64,000 nucleotides of DNA from an uncultured Actinomycetes bacterium (GCA_963815005.1 CAWFFI010000006.1:139231-203230), one strand, 5' to 3'. Counted from the first letter of the stretch, positions 40,559-50,510 are shown. Made by a program: numbers and translations. The notes: generated by a model from the sequence alone, not told the origin.

Positions 40559-42288
40559 CTATTTCCACTTCCAGGCGTACATGTTCCAGGTCGGGCCGGT
40601 CGAGGACGGGTTGTTCGTCATCCCCGAGATGGTCGACTTGTAGACGAGGATCGCCGGCGTCGCGTAGAGCGGAATCGACGGGAGATCCTTCGCCATCAGG
40701 ACATCCGCCTGCTGGAACAGCGTCGACCGCTTGCCCGGGTCGAGCTGGCTGTTCGACTGATCGATCAGGGCCGTGGCCTTGCGGTTGCAGTAGTTGAGAT
40801 AGTTCGAGGTGCCACCGCAGCTCCAGATCGACACGAAGCCGGCCGGATCCGGAGACGTGACCCAGGCGAACTCGAACAGGTCATAGTTGCCCGCCTCGAG
40901 CACGGTCGGCCCGAAGGCCACGTTCGCCGGCTGGAGGTTGTCGGTGATCTGGATGCCGATCGCACCGAGCTGGGCCTTGAAGATCGCCTCGCTCGTCTCA
41001 CGCCGGTGGTTGCCGGCGGTCGTCGTGTAGGCGAACTTCGCCGGATACCCGGCGCACGTGAAGTAGTTCGTGTTCCCGGCGCGTCGGAGCGCTCGGGCCG
41101 CCGGTGCAGTGCTGCTTCAGCAGGGCCAGAGCCTTGGCCGGGTCGTAGTTCCACTGGTGGAAGTCCGTCCGGTAGTCGGCGACGTCGTTCGGGTAGAAGA
41201 GCAGGCTGTCCAGCGGCTTCAGACCCGGGGCGATGTCACCGAACAGCGCCTTGATCAGCGAGCTGCGGTCCATCCCCATCATGAGCGCGTGCCGCATCCA
41301 CGGGGCCCTCAGGAGCGGCTGCCCCTTCTTGCCGAACTGGATGTCGATGTGCTCCTGGTAGAGGCCCGGCCGTCGTGCTGTACGTGAGCCCCTTGACGTT
41401 GCGGAGCTGGGAGAGCGCCGTCTGCGGGGACGGGAAGATCGCGTCGACCTCACCGCCGCGCATCGCCTGGATCTCCGAGTTGGTGTCGGTGATCAACTTG
41501 AAGTCGACCTCCTTCAGGGACGGCTTCGGGCCGTACCAGAAGGGGTTGACCTTGAGCGTGACGCCCTGGCCCTTCGTGTAGTTCGAGACGTAGAACGGGC
41601 CGTCGGCGACGGGCTTGCCGTCCGAGCCGCACACGCAGTTCGCCCAGATCTTGTTGAAGTCCATCCCCTGGAGCGCGAACGACGGGTAGATGCCGCCGAA
41701 CAGGTCGCGATAGTCGGCGTACGGCTGCTTCCACTTGAAGGTGACGACCTTGTCGCCCTTGTGCGTGTAGCCGGTGATCTTGTCGTAGCCGTCACGCGAG
41801 GCAACGTCGTTCTTCGGATTGATGAACTGCTGCCACGTGTAGACGAAGTCCTTGTACGTGACAGGGACCTTCTTGCCGCCCCAGTACCAGTTCGCGTCGG
41901 GGCGGATGTAATAGGTCAGGCTGCTCTTCGTGGCCACGACCTTCGTGACGAGGTCGGGGACGTACTGGAGCTTGTCCGTGAGGACATACGCGCCGCGAAT
42001 GTTCGGCGTGTTGCCCGTCACGACGGCCCAGAACTCCGAGCAGCAGGACAGCGTGGTGTTGAACCCGTCCACATCCTGCTCCATCCCGAACACGAGCGTG
42101 CTGCTCGCCTTCCGGGCGGCGGCCGTCTTCGGCACCTTCGCCCAAGCCTGGGCGAACGGTGCGGCGGCCGGCGTGGCGTCAGGCGCCACTGCAGCCGTCC
42201 GGGCTGTCGTGTTCGTCGCGGTCGCGGACGCCGCCAGAAGAAGCACGGCGGCAGCCGCTCCGACAAGGAGCCAGATCCGTCTGTGCAT
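40559..42288 (-). CDS. Family 5 peptide/nickel ABC substrate-binding protein, two frame breaks (about 41372 and 41072)
   Basis: ATG 42288 after GGAGGGA. Signal peptide MHRRIWLLVGAAAAVLLLAASA. Homologous blocks continue in successive +1 frames (PGLYQEHIDIQFGKKG..; AGNTNYFTCAGYPAKFAYTTTAGNH..YAWKWK). Confidence 0.75.
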
Positions 42289-42484
42289 CGATTCCCTCCG
42301 TTTGGTGTGCGCCGGGAGATCCGTCGTACGGCGGCGCCTGCTCACTCCTACGTCCCCCGAAAGGGCGTCCCGTCACGTTTCGTAGACGACGGCGCGGTAG
42401 CTTAGTTAGGCGCGCGCGAAAGCGCCACTCTCGACCGTGGAAATCCGCGCTACGCGTGTGAGCGCCCGGAGCCGGCCTGCGCGG

Positions 42485-42965
42485 TCAAAGCGCGATCGTC
42501 GTACCGAAACGGATGCCGCCGTTGCCGCCGTGCGACAGCATCGCGAGCAGGTGCTGCTCGACGGAGTCGGCGCGCAGACCCCCGATGTCGGCGGAGCTGC
42601 CGGTCGCTGTTCGTGCGCGATTACCGCTGCCGAGCACGTGCCCGACCACGAACGACGCACCGACCGCGGTCGCGACCAAGGCCGCGGCAGCCGCCTGGAC
42701 GCGCCCGGCGGGGGCGCGGTGGCGGCGCTGCACGAAGACGGGCACCCCGGGCTGCTCGAGCGGCGCGTCCCGCAGCTCGCGGGCGACCGCGACGGCGGCG
42801 GCGGCGAACATCCGGCAGTCCGCGCAGGCGCGCAGGTGAGCCGTCGAGCCGGACGTGGTCGAGCTCGGCCATGAGCTCGCCGTCGGCGCGCGCGGACGCA
42901 GCCTCGCGGGCCCAGTCGCATTCGCTCGGATGAACAGGAAACAGCATCGGCGCGTCGCTCTCCAT
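42485..42965 (-). CDS. Putative anti-sigma factor (zf-HC2 type) with one TM segment, frame break near 42842
   Basis: The HLRACADCR zinc-finger motif appears when the N-terminal block (..ELDHVRLDGS) is joined to the +1 frame. A hydrophobic segment (AAAAALVATAVGASFVVGHVL) follows. Confidence 0.5.
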
Positions 42966-42994
42966 TCATCTCAGACGCGCGGCGCGGGTCGAGG

Positions 42995-44635
42995 TTAGTT
43001 GGCCCCCGTGTGGGGCCGGTGACGGTCGACGATCGCCGCCGCGTCGACGCCCGCGGGCAGCGTCCCGTAGGCGAGAGAAGCCTCGCCGCCGAGACGCGTC
43101 GCGCAGAACGCGTCGGCGACCGCGCCGGGCGCGTGCCGGACGAGCAGCGACGCCTGGAGCGCAAGCGCGAGGCGTTCGACGGCGAGCCGCGCGGAGCGCT
43201 CCTCCGCCTCGGCGAGCGCCCGCTCGGCGAGCGCAGTCGCGCGCGGCTCGTCCGCGAGCCGGATCTCGTCGAGCAGCACCTCGGCGGTCTCCGGCGCCCG
43301 CTGCAGCGAGCGCAGGACGTCGAGGCAGACGACGTTGCCGGATCCCTCCCAGATCGAGAGCAGCGGCGCCTGCCGGTAGACGCGCGGCAGCACCGATTCC
43401 TCCACGTAGCCGCTGCCGCCGACGCACTCGAGCGCCTCGGCCGCGTGGGCCGGGCCGCGCTTGCAGATCCAGTACTTCGCCACCGCGGTCGCGATCCGTG
43501 CGAACGCGGCCTCGCGCTCGTCGCCGGCGGCGCGCCGGTCGTACGCACGCGCGAGCCGCATCGCCGTGACCGTGGCCGCCTCGGACTCGACGCAGAGATC
43601 GGCGAGGACGCCTCGCATCAGCGGCTGGTCGGCGAGCAGCTTCCCGAAGGCGACCCGGTGCGCGGCATGGTGGGTCGCCTGCTCGACTCCCTCGCGCATC
43701 CCCGCGGCGGTGCCGAGCACGCAGTCGAGCCGTGTGTGGACGACCATCTCCAGGATCGTCCGCACGCCGTGGCCCTCCTCGCCGACGAGGCGGGCCCACG
43801 CGCCTTCGAGGGCGACCTCGCTCGACGCGTTCGCGCGGTCGCCGAGCTTGTCCTTGAGGCGCTGGAGGCGGAAGCCGTTGCGCGTGCCGTCCGGCAGGAC
43901 ACGCGGCAGGAGGAAGCACGACAGCCCGCCCGGCGCCTGCGCGAGCACGAGGAAGGCGTCCGACATCGGCGCCGAGCAGAACCACTTCTCGCCGTCGAGC
44001 GCGTACTCGTCGCCGCCGAGCGGTCGCGCCGTGGTCGTGTTCACGCGCACGTCGGAGCCGCCCTGGCGCTCGGTCATCGCCATCCCGCAGAGGACCCCCC
44101 GCTTGGCGGCCGCCGGGCGGAGCCCGAAGTCGTACTCGGACGACGTCAGCAGCGGCTCCCACTCGGCCGCGAGGTGCGGCGCGGACGCCCGCAGCGCCGG
44201 GACGGCGGCGTGGGTCATCGAGATGGGGCAGCCGTGACCCGGCTCGACCTGCGAGACGAGCGTGAAGAGCGCAGCGCGGGCGACGTGGGCGCCCTCGCGC
44301 GGCTCCGTCCAGGAGAGCGCATGCAGACCGTGCCCGACCGAGAGGCGCATCAGCTCGTGCCAGGCCGGGTGGAACTCGACCTCGTCGATCCGCTCGCCGA
44401 AACGGTCGTGCGTCCGCAGCTTCGGCGGGTTCTCGTTCGCGAGCCTCCCCCACTCGAGCGGGCGCCCGGTGACGAGCCGGCCGAGCTCCGAGCAGCGCTC
44501 CGCGGCCCAGCCCGCCCCCTCGCGCGCGAGCGCCTCCGCGAGCGGCCGGTTCTCCGCGAAGAGGTCGTGCCCGGCGAGCGGCGGCGGCTGGTTGGCGTTC
44601 GTCGCGCCACCCGCCCCTGCAGGGACGGTGGCCAT
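42995..44635 (-). CDS. AidB-like acyl-CoA dehydrogenase family protein
   Basis: About 546 uninterrupted codons from ATG 44635. AidB-type blocks (NQPPPLAGHDLFAENRPL, GMAMTERQGGSDV, WEGSGNVVCLDVLR). Confidence 0.85.
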   Translation of the reverse strand: MATVPAGAGGATNANQPPPLAGHDLFAENRPLAEALAREGAGWAAERCSELGRLVTGRPLEWGRLANENPPKLRTHDRFGERIDEVEFHPAWHELMRLSVGHGLHALSWTEPREGAHVARAALFTLVSQVEPGHGCPISMTHAAVPALRASAPHLAAEWEPLLTSSEYDFGLRPAAAKRGVLCGMAMTERQGGSDVRVNTTTARPLGGDEYALDGEKWFCSAPMSDAFLVLAQAPGGLSCFLLPRVLPDGTRNGFRLQRLKDKLGDRANASSEVALEGAWARLVGEEGHGVRTILEMVVHTRLDCVLGTAAGMREGVEQATHHAAHRVAFGKLLADQPLMRGVLADLCVESEAATVTAMRLARAYDRRAAGDEREAAFARIATAVAKYWICKRGPAHAAEALECVGGSGYVEESVLPRVYRQAPLLSIWEGSGNVVCLDVLRSLQRAPETAEVLLDEIRLADEPRATALAERALAEAEERSARLAVERLALALQASLLVRHAPGAVADAFCATRLGGEASLAYGTLPAGVDAAAIVDRHRPHTGAN

Positions 44636-44927
44636 GCGCGGACGATACGCCCGGAAGCGATTCGGCGGCGACCCCGGTGACGGGCACGCGCAGCACGGAG
44701 GAGGGGGCTGCGCGCGCCTGCGTCGCCACGGCCGCCGCCGTATCTCGTACAACGACGGAGGGTGTCGTCTCGTTCCGCCTTCCACGGTGCCCCCCGAACC
44801 TGAGAACCGGGTGAGACTCAGGCAAGGATTCTGTTACGAGCCGTCTTTGCCGAAGCTTGGCGCTCCCCGGCGAAACCCTGGCCTGCGCTTCGCCCGCTCC
44901 TGGGCCGCCGCACCGTAGAACGGCGAC

Positions 44928-45101
44928 ATGACTACTCGCCACGCACTCTCCCTCGCCGCCGTGCTCGCCGCGACCGTCCTCACGGGCGGCGCCGCGATCC
45001 TCGGCCTGAACCACGTGCCCTCGTCCACCGCTTCGACCCCCGCAGTCGTCCAGGCCGTCCAGCCGGCGTCCGCGCCGGCCCAGTGGGAAGGAGGAGACTG
45101 A
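44928..45101 (+). CDS. Small exported/membrane-anchored protein (57 aa)
   Basis: Not in the ORF track (below its size cut-off). My own translation is MTTRHALSLAAVLAATVLTGGAAILGL..QWEGGD. The TGA overlaps the next ATG. Confidence 0.4.
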   Translation: MTTRHALSLAAVLAATVLTGGAAILGLNHVPSSTASTPAVVQAVQPASAPAQWEGGD

Positions 45102-45321
45102 TGCAGCGCGTCTGGGCCACCGTCCTCTCCGTCTGGGCGATGCTCGCGATCGTCGCGTTCCTCGCCTGGAGCCGGACGCCCGCGCCGGCACCCGCCCCGC
45201 AGGCCGCCGCGCAGACGCTCGTCGTCCAGGGCGCGAACGGCAAGCAGCAGCTCGTCACCGTCGCCCCGGCGCCGTCGGAGCGCCCCATGCGACGACCTCG
45301 ACCTCCGGCGTCGTCCGATGA
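45101..45321 (+). CDS. Small single-pass membrane protein; 3' end uncertain
   Basis: ATG 45101 is 5 nt after GGAAGGAGGAG. TM segment VWATVLSVWAMLAIVAFLAW. As sequenced the frame stays open. A frame change near 45280 would give TGA 45319-45321, overlapping the apbE ATG. Confidence 0.4.
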
Positions 45322-46274
45322 CCGCCCGGCTCGAGCGGACCGCCTTCCACGCGGTCGGCACGACGTGCGCGGCGGCCGTGACCGCCGGTCCCGGCGACAC
45401 CCGGCGCGCCCGCCGCGCGCTCGACGCGGCCCGCGCCGAGGTCGCGGCCTGCGAGCGGTCGCTCTCCCGCTTCGACGCGGCGAGCGACCTCTCGCGGCTC
45501 AACGCCGCCGGCGGCGCCTGGACGCCGGTCGACCGGCGCCTGCTCGAGGCCCTGCGGCTCGCGCTGCGTGCCCGCGAGGACACCGGCGGACGGTTCGACC
45601 CGACCGTCCTCCCCGCGCTCGCGGCCGCCGGCTACGACCGCTCCTTCGAGCAGCTCGAGGAGCGCCCCGCGCGACCGGCCCCCGGCTGGCGCGCGGGCGC
45701 GGAGATCGAGCTCGATCCCGTCGCGGGCCGTGCCCGGCTCGAGTCCGGCACGGCGGTCGACCTCGGCGGCATCGGCAAGGGCTACGCCGCCTCGCGCGCA
45801 CTCGCCGCAATGGCCGAGGCGTGGCCGGGACTCCCGGGCGGACTCGTCGACCTGGGCGGCGACCTCGCCCTCGCCGGCGAGACGCCCGAGCGCGGCCCAT
45901 GGCGGATCGCCGTCGCCGACCCGCGCCGCCCCGGCACGACCGCCGGCACGCTGCTCCTGCACGGAGGCGGCGTCGCCACCTCGGGCCGCGACGTCCGCCG
46001 GTTCGGCCCGGGCGGCTCGCTCCATCATCTGATCGACCCCGCCACCGGCGAGCCCGCCCGGCCGGGGCCGCTCACGGTCACCGTCGTCGCGCCGGATGCC
46101 GCAGAGGCGGAGGCGCACGCGACCGCGCTCGCGATCCTCGACGTCGAGGCGGCCGCCGCGCATGTCGCCGCGCGCCCGCAGCTCTCGGCGCTCTACGTGC
46201 CGCACGCGGGCGCACCGCTGCCGCTGGGCAGGCTGCCGCTCGCGCCGGCCCGGATCCTCGTGAGGGCCGCCTGA
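45318..46274 (+). CDS. apbE: FAD:protein FMN transferase
   Basis: 318-aa uninterrupted ORF with ApbE blocks (SRFDAASDLSRLN, DLGGIGKGYA, VATSGRDVRRF..HHLIDPATG). Confidence 0.85.
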   Translation: MTARLERTAFHAVGTTCAAAVTAGPGDTRRARRALDAARAEVAACERSLSRFDAASDLSRLNAAGGAWTPVDRRLLEALRLALRAREDTGGRFDPTVLPALAAAGYDRSFEQLEERPARPAPGWRAGAEIELDPVAGRARLESGTAVDLGGIGKGYAASRALAAMAEAWPGLPGGLVDLGGDLALAGETPERGPWRIAVADPRRPGTTAGTLLLHGGGVATSGRDVRRFGPGGSLHHLIDPATGEPARPGPLTVTVVAPDAAEAEAHATALAILDVEAAAAHVAARPQLSALYVPHAGAPLPLGRLPLAPARILVRAA

Positions 46275-46833
46275 TGGCGTCGCTCCCGATCGCGTGGCTC
46301 GTCGCCCGCTCCGCCGGACTCGTCGCGTTCGGGCTGCTGACCCTGTCGGTCTGGCTCGGGCTCGGGATGAGCACGCGGCTGCTCGGGCCGCGCCGCCAGA
46401 AGACCCTGCTCGGCCTGCACCGGACGCTCGTCTGGGTCGGGCTCTCGATGCTCGTCCTCCACGTCGGCGCGCTCCTGCTCGACCCGACGCTCCACTTCGG
46501 GCTCGGCTCGGTGCTCGTCCCGTACGTCTCGACGTGGAAGCCGGGCTCGGTCGCCATGGTGTCGTCGCCGGCTGGCTCAGCCTGATGCTCGCGGCCTCGT
46601 TCCGGGCCAGGAAGTGGATCGGCCAGAAGGGCTGGCGGCGGCTCCACTACGCGAGCTTCGGCGCGTTCGCGCTCTCGCTCGGGCACGCGCTGCTCGTCGG
46701 CACCGACCTCCAGGGGCTCGGCGGGCCGCTGCTCGCGCTGCTCGCGGCCGGCCCGGTGATCTGGCTCGTCTTTTACCGGCTCCTCGTCGGGAGGACGCCA
46801 CCGCGCCCGGTCGCGGCGCCGTCCCCCGCCTGA
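46274..46833 (+). CDS. Ferric reductase-like transmembrane (di-heme, MsrQ/YedZ-like) protein, frame break near 46558
   Basis: ATGA overlap with apbE. Two His pairs sit in TM helices (LHRTLVWVGLSMLVLHVG; RLHYASFGAFALSLGHALL). The second half is in the +1 frame. Confidence 0.65.
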
Positions 46834-46840
46834 GGAGTCG

Positions 46841-47737
46841 CTACGTGCCCCAGCTGCGGCGCCGGCCCCACCCCGGCCGGCGCCCGCGAACACGGCGACC
46901 GTCGAGACGCTCGGGGCGACCCGCTGCCGCGTGACCGAAGCGACCGCCGAAGCCGAGAGCGTGCCGGCGTCGCGGTCGAGAGCGCCGCCCCGATGCCGAA
47001 CCGGTCGCCCGGGAACCGGCCCGCCGAGTCCCGTTCGCGGGTGACCGCGGTCCCGCTCCGGCCGGTTCGCCGATCGGCTGGAGTGGCCGGAGCCCGTCGC
47101 GGACGCGCCGGTGAACGCGACCGCGCCGCTGTGCGCGTGCGGGAGCGGCCGCAGCCGCCGCGGCCGCCGCACGGCGAGGGCGACTCGCGACCACTCGGCG
47201 GGGGACGAGTCGGCGACGCGACGGTCAGGCCGTCTTCGCGGACGACTCCCCGCTCGTCGCGTCCGCGACGTGAGCGTGACGGAGGTGCCGCTGACGCTTG
47301 ACGGACGCATTGATCGCGTCTTCCGGGCTGCACCGTGAGGCTCACGTCGACCGCCGGAGCGGGCACGAGCTCGTACCAGACGGAGGTGGTCGGAGTGCCG
47401 CTCGAACGAGCAGTCGGCCTCGGTGCCGATCTGCTCGAGCGTGCGTGAGCCGGTCGCGAAGCCGCCGAGCCTGACCGAGTAGCAGGCGAAGTAGCCGGGA
47501 CCGCCGGTGGTGCAGGTCGCGGCGGCCTGCACCCAGCTGCCCGAGACGGCCGTGAACGAGGTCGGCGTCGTGCCCGTGCCCGAGCCGGAGACGGCGTAGC
47601 CGGCCCAGTTGGAGCTGGTGTCGCTCAGCACGTCGTGCCGGGGACGGTGCGGTCGCGGCGTGCGTGACACCGGTGCCGAGCGCGAGCGCGGTGCCGGCCG
47701 CGACGAGTGCGACGGCAAGGGATCGAGGACGGTTCAT
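46841..47737 (-). pseudogene. G1 (scytalidoglutamic-type, peptidase A4) family peptidase, multiply frameshifted; 3' end approximate
   Basis: Signal peptide from ATG 47737. Family blocks are scattered over all three frames (SSNWAGYAVSG..TSFTAVSGSWV; GTPTTSVWYELVPAPAVDVSLTVQPG; DAINASV; SGTSVTLT; ADATSGESSAKT; SPAEW; AVAFTGASATGSG). Confidence 0.55.
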
Positions 47738-47786
47738 TGTGCCTGCTCTCGTGTCGAGGTGGATCGCCGTGTGAGCGGTCTCGGAG

Positions 47787-48349
47787 CTACGCGGTCGAAC
47801 CGCCTCCGAAGCCCCCGCCGAAGCCGCGTGCCGGCCGCCGTGGTGGCCGCCGCCCCACGGGCCGGGCCCGCCGACGGGCCGGGTCCCGTTGACGCGGTCG
47901 GTGACCCGCTGGGTCAGGTTCGCCGCGAGCGTGTCGCTCTGCGCCTGGGTGAGCTTGCCGGCGGTGACCGCCGCGGCGAGCTCGGTCTGCTCGTGCGCGA
48001 CGAGCGCCGCGATCAGGCCGGCGGACGACTTGCCGCTCGTCCCGTCCGCGACCTGGGCCAGCGTCTTGCCGGACTGCAGGTCGGTGACGAGCGCCGAGGC
48101 GGTGGTGCCGAGGTAGTCGGCCGCAGCCGCGATGTCGTCGGCGGGGCCGCCCGCATGGCCGAAGCCGAAACCGCGCAGGCCCTGCCCGGCGACAGCGCTG
48201 CGGTCGAGCGAGATCGAGTGCACGAGCGAGCCGCGTGCGGCGGAGCTCCCGCCGTGGTGGCCGCCGGCCGCGAGCGCGGCGCCCGCCCCACTGAGGGCGA
48301 GCACACCGACCACACCGGTTACGAGCTTCGTCTTTCGCGTCATGCGCAT
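47787..48349 (-). CDS. Secreted His/Gly-rich protein of unknown function, frame change near 47828
   Basis: ATG 48349 after GAAAGGA, with a signal peptide. GGHHGG occurs near both ends. The C-terminus (GFGGGFGGGSTA, then TAG 47787-47789) is in another frame; otherwise the ORF runs into the next gene. Confidence 0.5.
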
Positions 48350-48512
48350 TGGTCCTTTCGGGTCGTCCTCCCGCAGCCACGGTCGCGGTCGCGGCTAAGA
48401 GCAGGATTAGACGGATGTAAGGCGTCCGTGAGGGCTGCGCGACACACGCTCGGGGCAACCCCCGATGGCGGCGGCCCGCGCGCGCCGGAGACTTGCTTCG
48501 AAAGGAGGCGCC

Positions 48513-48788
48513 ATGACCCTCGAGAGTCACCGTTGCTCGGTCGACGGGTGCCCGAACCTCGCCGCCTTCGAGGTGCAGGTGTACGCGTTCGACCCGGCTG
48601 AGGGCGCCGTTTCGTTCGTCCCCGACGACACGTGCCAGTTCATCTGCGTCGAGCACGCGATCGACAACGAGCGCGCGGTCTCCGACGACCGCAAGCCGTG
48701 GTTGACCGTGCGCTACCCGCACACGAACCGCGACCGCCTGCCGGGTCTCGCCGTCTACGTGCAGCTCGAGCCGGCGTACGTGGCGTAG
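48513..48788 (+). CDS. Small Cys/His-containing hypothetical protein (91 aa)
   Basis: ATG 48513 is 6 nt after AAAGGAGG. The translation contains HRCSVDGCPN and CQFICVEH. No family recognised. Confidence 0.5.
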   Translation: MTLESHRCSVDGCPNLAAFEVQVYAFDPAEGAVSFVPDDTCQFICVEHAIDNERAVSDDRKPWLTVRYPHTNRDRLPGLAVYVQLEPAYVA

Positions 48789-48804
48789 CGGCTAGCCTCG
48801 GCGG

Positions 48805-49195
48805 ATGCGCGTCCTCGCGCTCCGCCCCGCAGCCGCCGTCGCGTGCGACACGACCGCGATCCTCGTGTTCGCGGTCGTCGGCCTGCTCTCGCACAAGGGC
48901 GGCGTCTCGGCGACCGGGCTCGCCCGCGACGCGGTGCCCCTGCTCGGCGGCTGGCTCGTCGCCGCGGCGCTCTTCCGGCTCTACGTCGAGCCCGCGCCGC
49001 GCCGCCTCCTCGCGACCTGGCTCGTGGGCGTCGGCCGGCGGCGTCGTCGTGCGTGCGCTCGTGCTCGGCCACCACGCGGTCGGCAAGGAGGCCGCGTTCC
49101 TCGGCGTCGCGCTCGCATTCACGCTCGTCTTCGTCGTCGCGGCGCGCCTTCTCGGTCAGCGCGTGCGGGCGGCGGCGAGCACGGCGCGGACGTAG
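48805..49195 (+). CDS. DUF3054-like membrane protein, frame break near 49030
   Basis: TM-rich N-terminal part (DTTAILVFAVVGLLSH..). The continuation (AGVVVRALVLGHHAVGKEAAFLGVALAFTLVFVVAARLL) is in the +1 frame. Confidence 0.55.
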
Positions 49196-49854
49196 CGGCG
49201 CACGGCTGCCGCGTCCGGCTGCCCGGCGGGGAGCTCGGCCGCGAACGCGGTCGTGCCGCGGAGCGCGTGGTTCTGCCACGTCACCCCCGTGCCCGCGAGC
49301 TGCGGCAGCGGGCGGTACGGGAGGCCGGAAACCCGAGCGAAGGTCTGCTCGATCCGCCGGTCGCCGCCGTCGGCCCAGACGAGATCCATGTGCTGGTGGA
49401 ACCAGATCGTGAGGTGCGGATGCAGCCGCCGGATCAGCGTCACCGCGATCCTCGTCTCGCGCTCGGAGAGCGGCCGCGGGCCGGATTCGTAGACGCCGCC
49501 GAGCCGTTCCCAGCGCCACGGGAAGTTGCGGTTGAGGTCGACGCCGTGCGCATTGCCGCGCGTGTCCGCGGCGAGCCCGTCCGGGTTGAGCGTCGGGACG
49601 ATCCAGAGGTCGAGGCCGCGCGGGTCGAGCCGCTCGAGCGCGCGGGCGACCGGGATGCCGCCGGGCTCGTTCCCGTGGATCGAGCCGACGACGAGCACGG
49701 GCGTCCCGTGTGGGTCACCGACCTGGACGGCGCGGATCGGCCGGCCCTGCACCGAGCGGCCGAGCAGCTTCATCCGCGCGGCGGCCCCGGGTTCGGCGGC
49801 GGCCGCGGCGACCGCGGCCGCGAGGACGAGAGCGGCGAGGGCGAAGAGCCTCAC
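49156..49854 (-). CDS. M14 family zinc carboxypeptidase (secreted)
   Basis: Signal peptide and HGNEPGG zinc motif. 232 aa, uninterrupted. The 3' end overlaps the convergent DUF3054-like gene by about 40 nt. Confidence 0.75.
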   Translation of the reverse strand: MRLFALAALVLAAAVAAAAAEPGAAARMKLLGRSVQGRPIRAVQVGDPHGTPVLVVGSIHGNEPGGIPVARALERLDPRGLDLWIVPTLNPDGLAADTRGNAHGVDLNRNFPWRWERLGGVYESGPRPLSERETRIAVTLIRRLHPHLTIWFHQHMDLVWADGGDRRIEQTFARVSGLPYRPLPQLAGTGVTWQNHALRGTTAFAAELPAGQPDAAAVRRYVRAVLAAARTR

Positions 49855-49895
49855 GCCGGCATCCTCGCCGATTCCGCGCCTGCATACTTCGCGGC

Positions 49896-50510
49896 TTGCA
49901 CCTCGACCTGCTCCCGTTTCTCGCGCTCTCGGTCCTCCTGATCCTCATCCCGGGCCCGGACACCGCGGTGGTGACGAAGAACGCGCTCCTCGGCGGCCAC
50001 CGCTCGGGGATGCTCGCGGCGGTCGGCGTCGCCCTCGGCCTGACGGTCTGGACGTTCGCGGCCGCGCTCGGGATCGCCGCTCTGCTCAAGGCCTCGGCGG
50101 TCGCCTTCCTCGTCCTCAAGCTCGCCGGCGCCGCGTACCTCGTCTGGATCGGGATCCAGATGCTGCGCGCCCGGAACGTCCTCGACGACCTGCAGCCGAT
50201 CCGGCCGCACGGCGCCGTCAAGGCGCTGCGGCAGGGGCTGCTGAGCGACCTCGGCAACCCGAAGATCGCCGTCTTCTTCACGAGCTTCCTGCCGCAGTTC
50301 GTGCGCAGCGGCGGCAGCGTCTTCGTCCCGTTGCTGACGCTCGGCGGCATCTTCGCCGTGCTGACGCTGCTGTGGCTCGCGGCCTATGCGCTGCTGATCG
50401 GCCGTGCCTCGGCGCTCCTGCGCCGCCCGCGCGTCCGCATGGCGCTCGACCGCTTCACGGGCCTCGTGCTGATCGGATTCGGCATCCGGCTCGCATTCGA
50501 GCACCGCTGA
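49896..50510 (+). CDS. LysE family translocator
   Basis: TTG 49896. LysE/RhtB blocks (LILIPGPDTAVV, NPKIAVFFTSFLPQF). Confidence 0.75.
   Translation: MHLDLLPFLALSVLLILIPGPDTAVVTKNALLGGHRSGMLAAVGVALGLTVWTFAAALGIAALLKASAVAFLVLKLAGAAYLVWIGIQMLRARNVLDDLQPIRPHGAVKALRQGLLSDLGNPKIAVFFTSFLPQFVRSGGSVFVPLLTLGGIFAVLTLLWLAAYALLIGRASALLRRPRVRMALDRFTGLVLIGFGIRLAFEHR

Noticed and set aside
44636-44927. The 290-bp hairpin-containing leader upstream of the apbE cluster considered as an FMN or other riboswitch.
   Set aside because: I could not match it to the FMN (RFN) element core or to any other riboswitch consensus I know. The hairpins alone are not diagnostic.
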